Shown: positions 10,150 to 19,102 of the stretch, in pieces
How the letters are laid out: each line of letters starts with the position of its first letter
How positions within the stretch are numbered: the stretch's first letter is position 1
Source: Alphaproteobacteria bacterium
GTDB taxonomy: Bacteria > Pseudomonadota > Alphaproteobacteria > Bin95
Direction: 5' to 3'
DNA length: 64,000 nt
Assembly (NCBI GenBank): GCA_964291285.2
Contig: OZ219786.1
Span: 32,001 to 96,000, forward strand
Position numbers and translations under genes: made by a program
The notes under the pieces: generated by a model
Seen by the model: the letters and a program-made list of their open reading frames with translations, nothing else
What the model was told of the DNA's origin: nothing
Database searches by the model: none

Positions 10150-11107
10150 CGGCGCTCCTTTCATCGACGGGGCGGCAGATGCGCCCCTTGCGGCCCGGTC
10201 CGGGGCCGGAATGGTTCGGCATGATCAGGATCGCTCCGTCGTAGGGCGTCGCGATTTCCCGGTCGCCGTCACGGGCGATGACCGTGCCGGCTCTCTCGAA
10301 CACCTCGCAGCCGACATAGGGTGCGGCGAACCGGAACCGGTCGGTCCGGGCGACGATGCCATCGGTCACCTCCAGCAGGCGCGGCCGGGGCGGCGCCTTG
10401 TCGGCGATATGGTGTTCGACATCGGCCAAGTCGAGGCTTCCGGCGGCCGCGATGAAACGCAGGACCGTATCGAGCGCATGCGTGGCCGTTGCCGACGCCC
10501 AGTGCTCGCCCGCTTCCACCAGCAGCGCGACCTGCGGGTTCGCCGGATCGTTGAAGGGCTTGTGCTCGATCATCCTGAGGCCTTCGACATGGCCCGGCCC
10601 GCAGACGACGGTTCCGGGATAACCCACCTCCAGGGCGAAGGCCCGCTCCTTCTCCAGGCCGTGGCAGAGCATGAGCGGCACGGATGCCGTGCTCATGGAA
10701 TGGACGTCCAGCAGGAAATCCGCCTGCTCGAAGACCGGCCTCAGCTCGCGGGCGCGGGCCAGCTCGACGCTCCGGCGCGGACCGTCCAGGACCTCGAGGG
10801 TCCACACCCGGTTGAAGTCCTCATCGACGAAGCGCGAGGCGCCGGGGTTCTTCGGGTCGAAGCGCTCGTACGCGGCGATGTTGGCGAAAGAGAGCGTCAG
10901 CACGCCCCGCCGCGGCCGGATGCCTTGCCTGAACAGGAAATCGAGCGCGATGGCCCCGCAGATCTCGTTGCCGTGCGTGATCGCATTGACGAGCACATGC
11001 GGGCCCGGAATGCCGCTGTCGAAGCGGTGCACATAGTCGATGCCCGTATTGCCGGCCCTGTAGGGAGCGATATCGGGGGCTTCGAGTTCCACGGTGAAGC
11101 TCGGCAT
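10139..11107 (-). CDS. Succinylglutamate desuccinylase/aspartoacylase family protein (M14)
   Basis: THGNEICG, DFNRVW, LLDVHSM, EAGEHW; start at MPSFTVEL. Confidence 0.85.
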   Translation of the reverse strand: MPSFTVELEAPDIAPYRAGNTGIDYVHRFDSGIPGPHVLVNAITHGNEICGAIALDFLFRQGIRPRRGVLTLSFANIAAYERFDPKNPGASRFVDEDFNRVWTLEVLDGPRRSVELARARELRPVFEQADFLLDVHSMSTASVPLMLCHGLEKERAFALEVGYPGTVVCGPGHVEGLRMIEHKPFNDPANPQVALLVEAGEHWASATATHALDTVLRFIAAAGSLDLADVEHHIADKAPPRPRLLEVTDGIVARTDRFRFAAPYVGCEVFERAGTVIARDGDREIATPYDGAILIMPNHSGPGPGRKGRICRPVDERSADGA

Positions 11108-11257
11108 CGGGCTTTCCTCGTCATCTGCGGCTGCGGCATCTAACCCGCATTTCCGACGAAGGTCACGGCCCGGCGGCCGGTCAGCAGCCGCACGACGTGG
11201 ATTCAACGGGGTTTTGAAGGGTCTCGTCGGATCGGGCCTCGGATCGGCCGCCTGGCG

Positions 11258-11409
11258 TCCCTCATCCTGAGTAGCGCCGGCCTTCGCTCTGCGAAGGCCG
11301 GCGCGTATCGAAGGACGGCTGCCGGCAGTACGGGACGGTCCTTCGATACGCGCCCCCTTCGGCAGGCTCAGGGCAGGCCGCTGGCGCGGTCGCCACTCAG
11401 GATGAGGGA
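11258..11409. repeat. Nested palindromic REP/BIME-like element
   Basis: Outer 15-bp IR tccctcatcctgagt / actcaggatgaggga; inner 16-bp IR gcgcgtatcgaaggac (11301-11316) / gtccttcgatacgcgc (11338-11353); internal hairpin 11274-11304. Confidence 0.8.
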
Positions 11410-11470
11410 ATCTCGTCGCCCCGGCCCCGCCTGCCCTCGCGAAGGCGGGGGCCGGCGCGGCGGTGGAGAA

Positions 11471-11499
11471 AGATGGCCGGAACGAGTCCGGCCATGATG
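11471..11499. repeat. REP-like hairpin (atggccgg...ccggccat class)
   Basis: gatggccggaacgagtccggccatga; similar copy ccccggaacaagtccgggcatgac at about 43800. Confidence 0.65.
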
Positions 11500-11536
11500 G
11501 CATGGGGCCAATTTTTCTTTTTTGTTCTAAAATTGC

Positions 11537-11566
11537 TTGACATGAGAGAAAATAAGCCGATATAAG
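11537..11566 (+). promoter_or_regulatory. Sigma70-like promoter for cassette 1
   Basis: TTGACA-N18-TATAAG in an AT-rich patch upstream of the 11787 ORF. Confidence 0.65.
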
Positions 11567-11569
11567 ACC

Positions 11570-11786
11570 CGGAGAAGGGGCCTCCGGAGCCGCTTCTCCG
11601 GCGCCGCCATGGCCGGGCGGCGCCACCTTCGAAAAAATACCCGCAATACCGACGGGAGGGGTGCGTCCCGCGTCTCCCGCGCGCAATCAGGCGCGCGAAC
11701 CGCGCCGGCGCCGACGCGCAGGCCCGCCCGCGCACGATACGCGCGGCAAAGGGTCCGCCGCTCCCGGTCGGACAAGGAGACAGGAA
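11570..11786 (+). promoter_or_regulatory. Conserved structured 5' leader (copy 1)
   Basis: Homologous to the reverse complement of 44858-45095, including a 36-bp identity (11680-11715); several GC hairpins. Confidence 0.65.
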
Positions 11787-12364
11787 TGACCGCAACCGAC
11801 CCCCGACCCGCACTGGCGGCGGCGCTCGCCGCAAAGCTCGCGCCCGCCGCCGAAGCCCTCGCCGCTGCCTATGCCGAAGACCTGAACCCGGAGCCCCCGC
11901 CCCCCGACGACCGCGCCCGCGCCGAATGCCACCGCGCCGCCCGCGCCCAGCTCGACCACCTGCACAAGCTCCTCGCCCTGCTCGACTGGGCCGGCGCCCA
12001 CTTGCCCGAACCGCCCGCCCCGGAACCCGAAGAGGAGCCGTGGGAGCCGCCGCCCCCGGAAGAGGACGATTACGACGGCAGCGAGGACGAGTTCCACTAT
12101 GGCGGCGAGGCTTATGTCGGCAGCCAGGAAACGCCCGAGTTCAGGGCGTGGCTGGAAGACCTCGAACGCCGCCTCGGGCCGGTCCCGCTGGACCAGAGCC
12201 ACCCCGATTGCCTGAACCGTTGCACCGTCAACGAGCGGATATTCGTCGGCAGGCTGATGACGCCCGAATTCAGGGCATGGGACGAACGCCAGCATCGCCG
12301 CGCGGAGGCCTCCATCGACTCGCTGATTGACAGCGCCGGAACCCCGGAACATGACAAAACATGA
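11787..12364 (+). CDS. Hypothetical protein, helical N-terminus plus Pro/acidic region (cassette 1; possibly TerS-like)
   Basis: RBS aaggaga before ATG 11787; ends ...AGTPEHDKT*, like the 43868 ORF. Confidence 0.7.
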
Positions 12365-12376
12365 CACTTCATGACA
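12350..12376 (+). repeat. 3x CATGACA direct repeat, 10-bp period
   Basis: catgacaaaa catgacactt catgaca; contains the stop codon of the 11787 ORF. Confidence 0.85.
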
Positions 12377-12501
12377 TCTCTCTGGAGTGGGCCCCTGGTC
12401 TCGGACACGCAATGCGCGGCGGGTCTTTCCCTGCTCGCCGGCCCGGCGGCGCTGTGCAGGCCATGACACCGGCGGGAGGTCCGGGCTACAGTCCCGGCGC
12501 G

Positions 12502-13875
12502 ATGACCGATATCTCCTCCGCCACCATCGCCGAACTGGGCCAGGCGCTTCGGGCCGGCCGGGTAACGGCCCGCGGCCTGCTGGAACAGGCGCTTGCCAAC
12601 CGCAGCGAGGCGCTGGGCGCCTACAAGCTCTGGATGCCGGACCATGCCGCCCGCGCGGCGGACCTTGCCGATGCCGCGTTCGCCCAGGGCCTCGATTTCG
12701 GGCCGCTGCAGGGCCTGCCGGTCTCGGTCAAGGACCTGTTCGGCCTCGCCGGCGCGCCCACCCATGCCGGCGCGCCGAAGCCGCTGCCGGCCTCCTGGGA
12801 GGCGGAAGGACCTGTCGTCGCGGCGGTCAGGAACGGGCTCGCCGTCGTCACCGGCAAGACGCACACGGTCGAATTCGCCTTCGGCGGCGTCGGCTCGAAC
12901 CCGCACTGGGGCACGCCGCGCAACCCGTGGGGCGGGGAGTCGCACCGCGTGCCGGGCGGCTCCAGCGCCGGCGCCGGGGTCTCCCTGCTGGAGGGCACGG
13001 CGGTGGTTGCGCTCGGCTCCGACACGGCGGGTTCGGTGCGCGTTCCGGCGAGCTTCACCGGCACGGTCGGCCTCAAGACCAGCTACGGACGCTGGTCGCT
13101 CCAGGGCATCGTGCCGCTCAGCCCGTCTCTCGACACCGCCGGGGTCCTGACCCGCTCGGTCGCGGACGCGGCTTTCGCCTTTGCGGCGATAGATCCGGTC
13201 TACCGGACGCCGCCGGGGCCGGCGGACCCGGCCCGCCTCAGGCTCGGCGTGATCGAGAGCCTGTTCGAGGATTGCGGTCCGGGCGTGGCGGAGACCGTGC
13301 GCGCCGCCCTTGCCGAACTGGAGGGTCGCGGCGTGACGGTGGAATCCTTCGACCTGCCGGAAATGGCCGACGCCAGGGCGGTCTTCGCGGAAGGCGGGCT
13401 GGCGGTGCCCGAGTTCGTCGCTTTCATCGAAAACGAACTGCCCGAATTCAAGGCGACGCTTGACCCGAATGTCCGCAGCCGCTTCGAGGCATTCGGGGCA
13501 TTGACCTCGACGGAATATCTGGGCCGCAAGATGCGCATTGCGCGCGCGGCCGCGGCGGCGAACGCCCGGCTCGCCGACATCGACGCAATCGTCGGGCCGA
13601 CGACGCCGATCACCGCCCCGCTCCTGCAGCATGCAGCCGAAGGGGAGGGCTACCGGACGCACAACATGGCGGCGCTCCGCAACACCATGCCGGGCAACCT
13701 CCTGGAGCTTTGCGGACTCACGATCCCGGCCGGCCTCGACGGCTCCGGCATGCCGGTCGGCCTGCAACTCCTGGCCCCGCGCGGCACGGACGAGCGGCTG
13801 ATCTCCATCGGCCTCGCCGTCGAGGGCATTATCGGCCCGGCCTCCCGCCGCCTGGGGACCCCTCCGGGCAAGTGA
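12502..13875 (+). CDS. Amidase signature family protein
   Basis: GPLQGLPVSVKDLF, PGGSSAG, GSDTAGSVRVPA, GMPVGLQL. Confidence 0.9.
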   Translation: MTDISSATIAELGQALRAGRVTARGLLEQALANRSEALGAYKLWMPDHAARAADLADAAFAQGLDFGPLQGLPVSVKDLFGLAGAPTHAGAPKPLPASWEAEGPVVAAVRNGLAVVTGKTHTVEFAFGGVGSNPHWGTPRNPWGGESHRVPGGSSAGAGVSLLEGTAVVALGSDTAGSVRVPASFTGTVGLKTSYGRWSLQGIVPLSPSLDTAGVLTRSVADAAFAFAAIDPVYRTPPGPADPARLRLGVIESLFEDCGPGVAETVRAALAELEGRGVTVESFDLPEMADARAVFAEGGLAVPEFVAFIENELPEFKATLDPNVRSRFEAFGALTSTEYLGRKMRIARAAAAANARLADIDAIVGPTTPITAPLLQHAAEGEGYRTHNMAALRNTMPGNLLELCGLTIPAGLDGSGMPVGLQLLAPRGTDERLISIGLAVEGIIGPASRRLGTPPGK

Positions 13876-13905
13876 ACCCGGCGCCCGTGAAAGGAAGCGC
13901 AATCC

Positions 13906-14688
13906 ATGGCCTATGAGCCCTTCAACCTCGCCGGCAAGGCGGCGCTGATTACCGGCGGCAACAGCGGCATCGGCCTCGGCTTCGCGGAAGCCATCGCCCA
14001 GGCCGGCGGCGATGTCTGCATCTGGGGCACGAACGAGGAGAAGAACGCCGTCGCGCTCGAGGTGCTGCGGCAATACGATGTGAAGTCCGTGGCCATGCGC
14101 TGCGACGTGTCCGACGAGGAGGAGGTCGCCGAACGCTTCGCGGAGACCGTGGCCGCGCTCGGCAAGGTGACGGCCTGCTTCGCCAATGCCGGCGTGTCGT
14201 CGGACCGCCGCGCGCTCAAAGGCGGCTTCTCGACCATGACGACGGCGGAGTGGCGCCGGGTGCTGGACGTCAATCTGGACGGCGTCTTCTTCACGCTCCG
14301 CGCGGCAGCGGGCCACATGGTCGAGCAGGGCATCGCCGGCTCGCTTGCGGCGACGTCGAGCCTTGCCGCCATCATGGGCCAGGCGCGCGGCGAGCATTAC
14401 GGCGCGGGCAAGGGCGCGCTGATCGCCATGATGCGCGCGCTCGCGGTCGAATACGGGCGCAACGGCATCCGCGCCAACAGCGTCCTGCCCGGCTGGATCG
14501 AAACGCCGATGACGGCGCCGGCCTTCAACTGGGACCGTTTCCGCGACGCCGTGCTGCCGCGCGTGCCGGTCGGCCGCTGGGGCGAGAAGGAGGATTTCGG
14601 CGGCATCGCCGTCTATCTCGTCTCCGACGCCAGCCGCTACCACTCGGGCGACACTTTCGTGATCGACGGGGCTTATTCGCTGTTTTGA
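13906..14688 (+). CDS. SDR family oxidoreductase
   Basis: TGGNSGIG, ANAG, YGAGK. Confidence 0.9.
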   Translation: MAYEPFNLAGKAALITGGNSGIGLGFAEAIAQAGGDVCIWGTNEEKNAVALEVLRQYDVKSVAMRCDVSDEEEVAERFAETVAALGKVTACFANAGVSSDRRALKGGFSTMTTAEWRRVLDVNLDGVFFTLRAAAGHMVEQGIAGSLAATSSLAAIMGQARGEHYGAGKGALIAMMRALAVEYGRNGIRANSVLPGWIETPMTAPAFNWDRFRDAVLPRVPVGRWGEKEDFGGIAVYLVSDASRYHSGDTFVIDGAYSLF

Positions 14689-14704
14689 TAGGGGGTTGCA
14701 GAAG

Positions 14705-15481
14705 ATGTCTGAAGGACTGGTTGAAGCAAGCATCGACAGGCGCGGCGTGGGGCGCGTCGCCATCGACAATGAGCGCCGCCTGAACTGCCTGAGCGGCGCG
14801 ACGGCGCAGGCCTTCGCTGACGCGGTGAACGGATTCTCGGGGCGCAGCGACCTCCGGGCGGTGGTGGTGACGGGCAACGGCCCGAAGGCCTTCATGGGCG
14901 GGGCGGACCTGCGCGAACTCGGCGGCCTCGACCCCGTGTCCGGGCGCGCGTTCATCAGCCGCATCCACGCCATGTCGAAGGCGCTTCGGGACTGCCCGGT
15001 TCCGGTGATCGGGCGGATCAACGGCTATTGCCTCGGCGCCGGGCTGGAGGTAGCGGCGGCATGCGACATACGGGTGGCGTCGGACAATGCCGTGCTGGGC
15101 ATGCCGGAGGTCAGGGTCGGCCTCCCGTCCGTGGTGGAGGCCGCGCTCTTCCCGCAACTGATCGGGTGGGGCAGGGCGAAGCTGCTCTGCTACACGGGCG
15201 AGAACATCGATGCGGCGGAGGCGCTTTCCTGGGGGCTGGTCGAAAAGGTGGTGCCGGCCGGCGAACTCGACGATGCCGTGGAGCACTGGGTCGGACAGAT
15301 CCTGGAAGGCGGCCCGCGCGCCATCCGGCTCCAGAAGGAGCTGATCCGCGAATGGGAGGCGATGCCGGTGAACGACGCGATCCAGGCCGGCATCCGCAGC
15401 CTCGTGCGCGCCATGGAAACCGACGAACCGAAGCGCATGATCGCCGAAACACTGGAGCGCCTGGCGAATCGCAAGGGCTGA
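14705..15481 (+). CDS. Enoyl-CoA hydratase/isomerase family protein
   Basis: AFMGGADL, INGYCLGAGLE, MPEVRVG. Confidence 0.9.
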   Translation: MSEGLVEASIDRRGVGRVAIDNERRLNCLSGATAQAFADAVNGFSGRSDLRAVVVTGNGPKAFMGGADLRELGGLDPVSGRAFISRIHAMSKALRDCPVPVIGRINGYCLGAGLEVAAACDIRVASDNAVLGMPEVRVGLPSVVEAALFPQLIGWGRAKLLCYTGENIDAAEALSWGLVEKVVPAGELDDAVEHWVGQILEGGPRAIRLQKELIREWEAMPVNDAIQAGIRSLVRAMETDEPKRMIAETLERLANRKG

Positions 15482-15486
15482 ACGGG

Positions 15487-16587
15487 CTAGGCCGCGGCCT
15501 CCGCTTCCCGGACGATCCAGCCGCCGCCGAGCACCCGGTCGCCCTCGTAGAAGACGGCGGCCTGTCCGGCGGCGATTCCATATTCCGGCTCGTCCAGCAG
15601 GATTTCCACGCCCTCGGCCTGCGGATAGAGGGTTGCGGGCCGGGGTGTAGCGCTCGACCTGATACGGACCTCGGCCTTCTGCCCCTCCGCCGGCCCCGCT
15701 CCGTCTCCGAGCCAGTTGACCTCGCGGACCCGGAAGCGGCGGCGGCCGAGCGCTTCGCGGGGCCCGACCACGACCCGGTGGCGTTCCGGGTCCAGCGCCA
15801 GCACGTAGAGCCGCCCGCCGCCGGCGGCATTGCCGAGGTCCAGCCCGCGCCGCTGGCCGACGGTGAAATTGACGATGCCCTCATGCCGGCCGAGCACATT
15901 GCCGTCCCGGTCCACGATCTCGCCCGGCTCCAGCGCGCCGGGGCGCAGCCGCGCGACGATGTCGGCGTAGCGGCCGTCCGGCACGAAGCAGATGTCCTGG
16001 CTGTCCGGCTTCTCCGCCACGGGCAGAGCGAGCCGCGCCGCTTCCCGCCGAACGCGGTCCTTGGGCATGCCGCCCAGCGGGAAGCGCAGGAAATCGAGCT
16101 GCTCGCGGGTGGTCGCGAACAGGAAATAACTCTGGTCCTTGCCGCTGTCGGCGGCCCGGTGCAGTTCCGGGCCCGGCAGGCGCTGCACATAGTGGCCGGT
16201 GGCGAGCGCGTCCGCTTCGAGGTCCCTCGCCGTTGCCAGCAGGTCGCGGAACTTCACCGTCCGGTTGCACTGCACGCAGGGCAGCGGCGTCTCGCCGGCG
16301 AGATAGCTGTCGGCGAAGTCTTCCATGACGGCGGCCCGGAAGCGGCTCTCATAGTCCAGCACGTAATGCGGGATGCCGATCCGGTCGGCGACCGCGCGGG
16401 CGTCGTGGATGTCCTGGCCCGCGCAGCAGGCGCCCTTGCGCCCGGCGGCCGCGCCGTGGTCGTAAAGCTGCAGGGTGACGCCGACGACCTCGTAGCCCGC
16501 TTCGGCGAGCAGCGCCGCCGTGACGGAACTGTCCACGCCGCCGGACATGGCGACGACCACGCGCGAGGATGCAGGAAGATCGAGCAA
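15487..16587 (-). CDS. mnmA: tRNA-specific 2-thiouridylase
   Basis: [40 protein letters not shown]. Confidence 0.96.
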   Translation of the reverse strand: MLDLPASSRVVVAMSGGVDSSVTAALLAEAGYEVVGVTLQLYDHGAAAGRKGACCAGQDIHDARAVADRIGIPHYVLDYESRFRAAVMEDFADSYLAGETPLPCVQCNRTVKFRDLLATARDLEADALATGHYVQRLPGPELHRAADSGKDQSYFLFATTREQLDFLRFPLGGMPKDRVRREAARLALPVAEKPDSQDICFVPDGRYADIVARLRPGALEPGEIVDRDGNVLGRHEGIVNFTVGQRRGLDLGNAAGGGRLYVLALDPERHRVVVGPREALGRRRFRVREVNWLGDGAGPAEGQKAEVRIRSSATPRPATLYPQAEGVEILLDEPEYGIAAGQAAVFYEGDRVLGGGWIVREAEAAA

Positions 16588-16659
16588 GGAGGACGGTTCC
16601 TGTGGAGAGGTGCCCGGAAACTGGTTCAGTGCCCGCCCGGGGTCAACGGTCCGCCGCGT

Positions 16660-17397
16660 CTAAACGTGCTGGCCGCCGTTCACATGGATTTCCGCACCGT
16701 TGATGTAGCGCGAGGCTTCCGTGCAAAGGAAGAAGATCGTGTCGGCGACTTCTCCCGGCTCTCCCATGCGGCCGACCGGGATGGCGCGGACGATCTCGTC
16801 CGAACCGGGCGAGAGCATCGGCGTGTCGATTTCGCCGGGCGCGATGGCGTTGACGCGGATGCCGTCAGGTCCGAACTCCGCCGCCATCTCGCGCGTCAGC
16901 GCCGCCAGCGCCGCTTTCGACGTGGCATAGGCGGGCCCGGCGAAGCGATGCACCCGGCCCCCCGCGATCGAGGTGACATTCACCACCGACCCCTTGCCCG
17001 CCGCCAGCTCCGTCGCCAGCCCGCGCGCGAGCATCAGCGGAGCATAGAAGTTGACCTGCATGACATGGTGCCAGGCGCTGAGGCGGGTATTGCGCACGCC
17101 GAGCCTGCCGCCGTCATCGCCCTTGGGCGAGACCGCGGCATTGTTGACCAGCGCATGCACGCGGCCGTCGGTCAGCCGCTTGCGCATTTCCTCGATCGTG
17201 ACGGCGAGCCCTTCGGGGTCCGACAGGTCCACCTCGATATGGTCTTCCGGTCCCGCGCCCCACGGGCATATGCCGCCCGGAAAGGACTGCCGCGAGCAGG
17301 TGATGACGCGCCAGCCGGCATCCATGAACTTGATGGCCGTGGCATGACCGATGCCGCGGCTGGCGCCGGTGAGGATGAGGGTTCGCGTTTCCGACAT
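16660..17397 (-). CDS. SDR family oxidoreductase
   Basis: TGASRGIG, NNAA, YATSK. Confidence 0.88.
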   Translation of the reverse strand: MSETRTLILTGASRGIGHATAIKFMDAGWRVITCSRQSFPGGICPWGAGPEDHIEVDLSDPEGLAVTIEEMRKRLTDGRVHALVNNAAVSPKGDDGGRLGVRNTRLSAWHHVMQVNFYAPLMLARGLATELAAGKGSVVNVTSIAGGRVHRFAGPAYATSKAALAALTREMAAEFGPDGIRVNAIAPGEIDTPMLSPGSDEIVRAIPVGRMGEPGEVADTIFFLCTEASRYINGAEIHVNGGQHV

Positions 17398-17435
17398 GGG
17401 CCTCGGGGCAGCATAAAGGCAATGAAAATCGGGCG

Positions 17436-18995
17436 CTACCACACGCCGATGATGAATCCGCGCTTGCGGCTGCCATCGGTGCGCCGCGCAATCTCGTCGT
17501 CGGAAAGCGTGGTTCGGGTGCGCCGAGCACGGAGCCAGGCGAACAGCCGCTCGTGCAGCTCTGCGCGGGCGGCGGCATGGGCCGGGTCGCCGCCAAGGTC
17601 GGCGAGTTCCAGCGGGTCCGCGGCAAGGTCGAACAATTGCGGCCGGTATCCTTCCCAGAACACATACTTCCAGCGCTCCGTGCGGACCATGTAGCCGCGG
17701 GACTCGTCAACGCCGCGCCCGAGCGTGAGGCGGGCGGCGCGGTGGGCGTAGTCGGTCTCGGAGAACACCGCCTCGCGCCGCTCTGCCTTTTGACCGCGCA
17801 GCAGCGGCAGCAGGGAGCGGCCTTCCACCCGGTGCGGCTGGACCTCGCCGCCCGCCGCCTCCACGAAGGTCGGCACCAGGTCGATCGACTCCACAAGGTC
17901 GTCCACGACCGCGCCGGGGCGCCCGGCCGGGTCGTACAGGATCAGCGGGATGCGCACGCTTTCCTCGTGGAACAGCTCCTTCTCGCCGAGCCAGTGGTCG
18001 CCCAGATAGTCGCCGTGGTCGCTGGTAAAGACGATCATCGTGTCGTCCATCCGGCCCTGGTCCTCCAGGAAGGCGAACAGGCGGCCCATATGGTCGTCGA
18101 TCTCCTTCACCAGCCCCATATAGGCCGGGATCACCGCCCGCCGGACCTCGTCGCGGGCGAAGCTCCGGCTGTCCTCATGGGCCATGAAGGCAGCGTGGAC
18201 CGGATGCGGGTCCCGGCGCTCGTCCTCGTGCCGGTTGGCGGCGATGACGGAGTTGGCCCCGTAGAGGCCGTGATAGGGCGCGGGCGCGATATAGGGCCAG
18301 TGCGGCTTGATGTAGGAAAGATGGAGGCACCAGGGTTCTTCGCCCTGCTCGCGAATGAAGTCCATCGCCCGCCCGGTCATGTAGGCGGTCTCGGAATGCT
18401 CCGCCTTCACGCGGGCGGGCAATGGCGCATAGCGCAGATACCATCCGGAGAGCTGTTCGCCGTCCGGCCCCTCGGCGGAGTTGGCGTAGTCGTGCCAGGG
18501 GTTGGGGCTGTCGTAGCCGTGCTCCCGGAGCCAGCGGTTGTAGGCGAGGTCCGGGTCGGCGGACATGTCGGGATGCAGCCCGTCGTCCCGCTCGTAAGGC
18601 TCGAAACCGCACTCCGACAGCAATATGCCGGTGTTGCTCGCCGGATCGATGCCGAGCCGTTGCATGCCCTCCCGGTCGGCGGCCATATGCGTCTTGCCGA
18701 CCAGCGCCGTCCGCAGCCCGAGCGGACGCAGCCAGTCGCCGAGCGTGAGTTCGCCTACTGCCAGCGGGACATTGTTCCAGGTCGCGCCGTGGCTGAACAT
18801 GTAGCGCCCGGTGTAGAAGGACATGCGCGACGAGCCGCAGATCGGCGACTGGCAGTAGGCGCGGGTAAAGCGCGTTCCCTTCGCCGCCAGGCCGTCCAGA
18901 TGCGGGGTCTCCAGGGCCGGATGCCCGTAGCAGGAGAGATAATCCCAGCGTAGCTGGTCTGTCATGATGAAGAGGATATTGCGGACGCGCGCCAT
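17436..18995 (-). CDS. Sulfatase / phosphonate monoester hydrolase family protein
   Basis: NILFIMTDQ, CGSSR (CxxxR formylglycine motif), KPHWP, SDHG. Confidence 0.88.
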   Translation of the reverse strand: MARVRNILFIMTDQLRWDYLSCYGHPALETPHLDGLAAKGTRFTRAYCQSPICGSSRMSFYTGRYMFSHGATWNNVPLAVGELTLGDWLRPLGLRTALVGKTHMAADREGMQRLGIDPASNTGILLSECGFEPYERDDGLHPDMSADPDLAYNRWLREHGYDSPNPWHDYANSAEGPDGEQLSGWYLRYAPLPARVKAEHSETAYMTGRAMDFIREQGEEPWCLHLSYIKPHWPYIAPAPYHGLYGANSVIAANRHEDERRDPHPVHAAFMAHEDSRSFARDEVRRAVIPAYMGLVKEIDDHMGRLFAFLEDQGRMDDTMIVFTSDHGDYLGDHWLGEKELFHEESVRIPLILYDPAGRPGAVVDDLVESIDLVPTFVEAAGGEVQPHRVEGRSLLPLLRGQKAERREAVFSETDYAHRAARLTLGRGVDESRGYMVRTERWKYVFWEGYRPQLFDLAADPLELADLGGDPAHAAARAELHERLFAWLRARRTRTTLSDDEIARRTDGSRKRGFIIGVW

Positions 18996-19102
18996 TGCGG
19001 ATCGGCTCCCCGGCGGTACGGATATTCCTGAGAGTATAGTGCGCCTCACGCCGGCAGCGCGTATGTCTGGCCCGGCTGCAGCGGGGCGGCGATAATGAGG
19101 CC

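Noticed and set aside
11520-11540. Alphaproteobacterial LexA box in the cassette promoters (tttgttc in both)
   Set aside because: Only one GTTC half-site is present in each; no GTTC-N7-GTTC match.
12350-12380. CRISPR-like array
   Set aside because: The units are 7 bp with 3-bp spacers and there are no cas genes; no CRISPR array was seen anywhere in the window.
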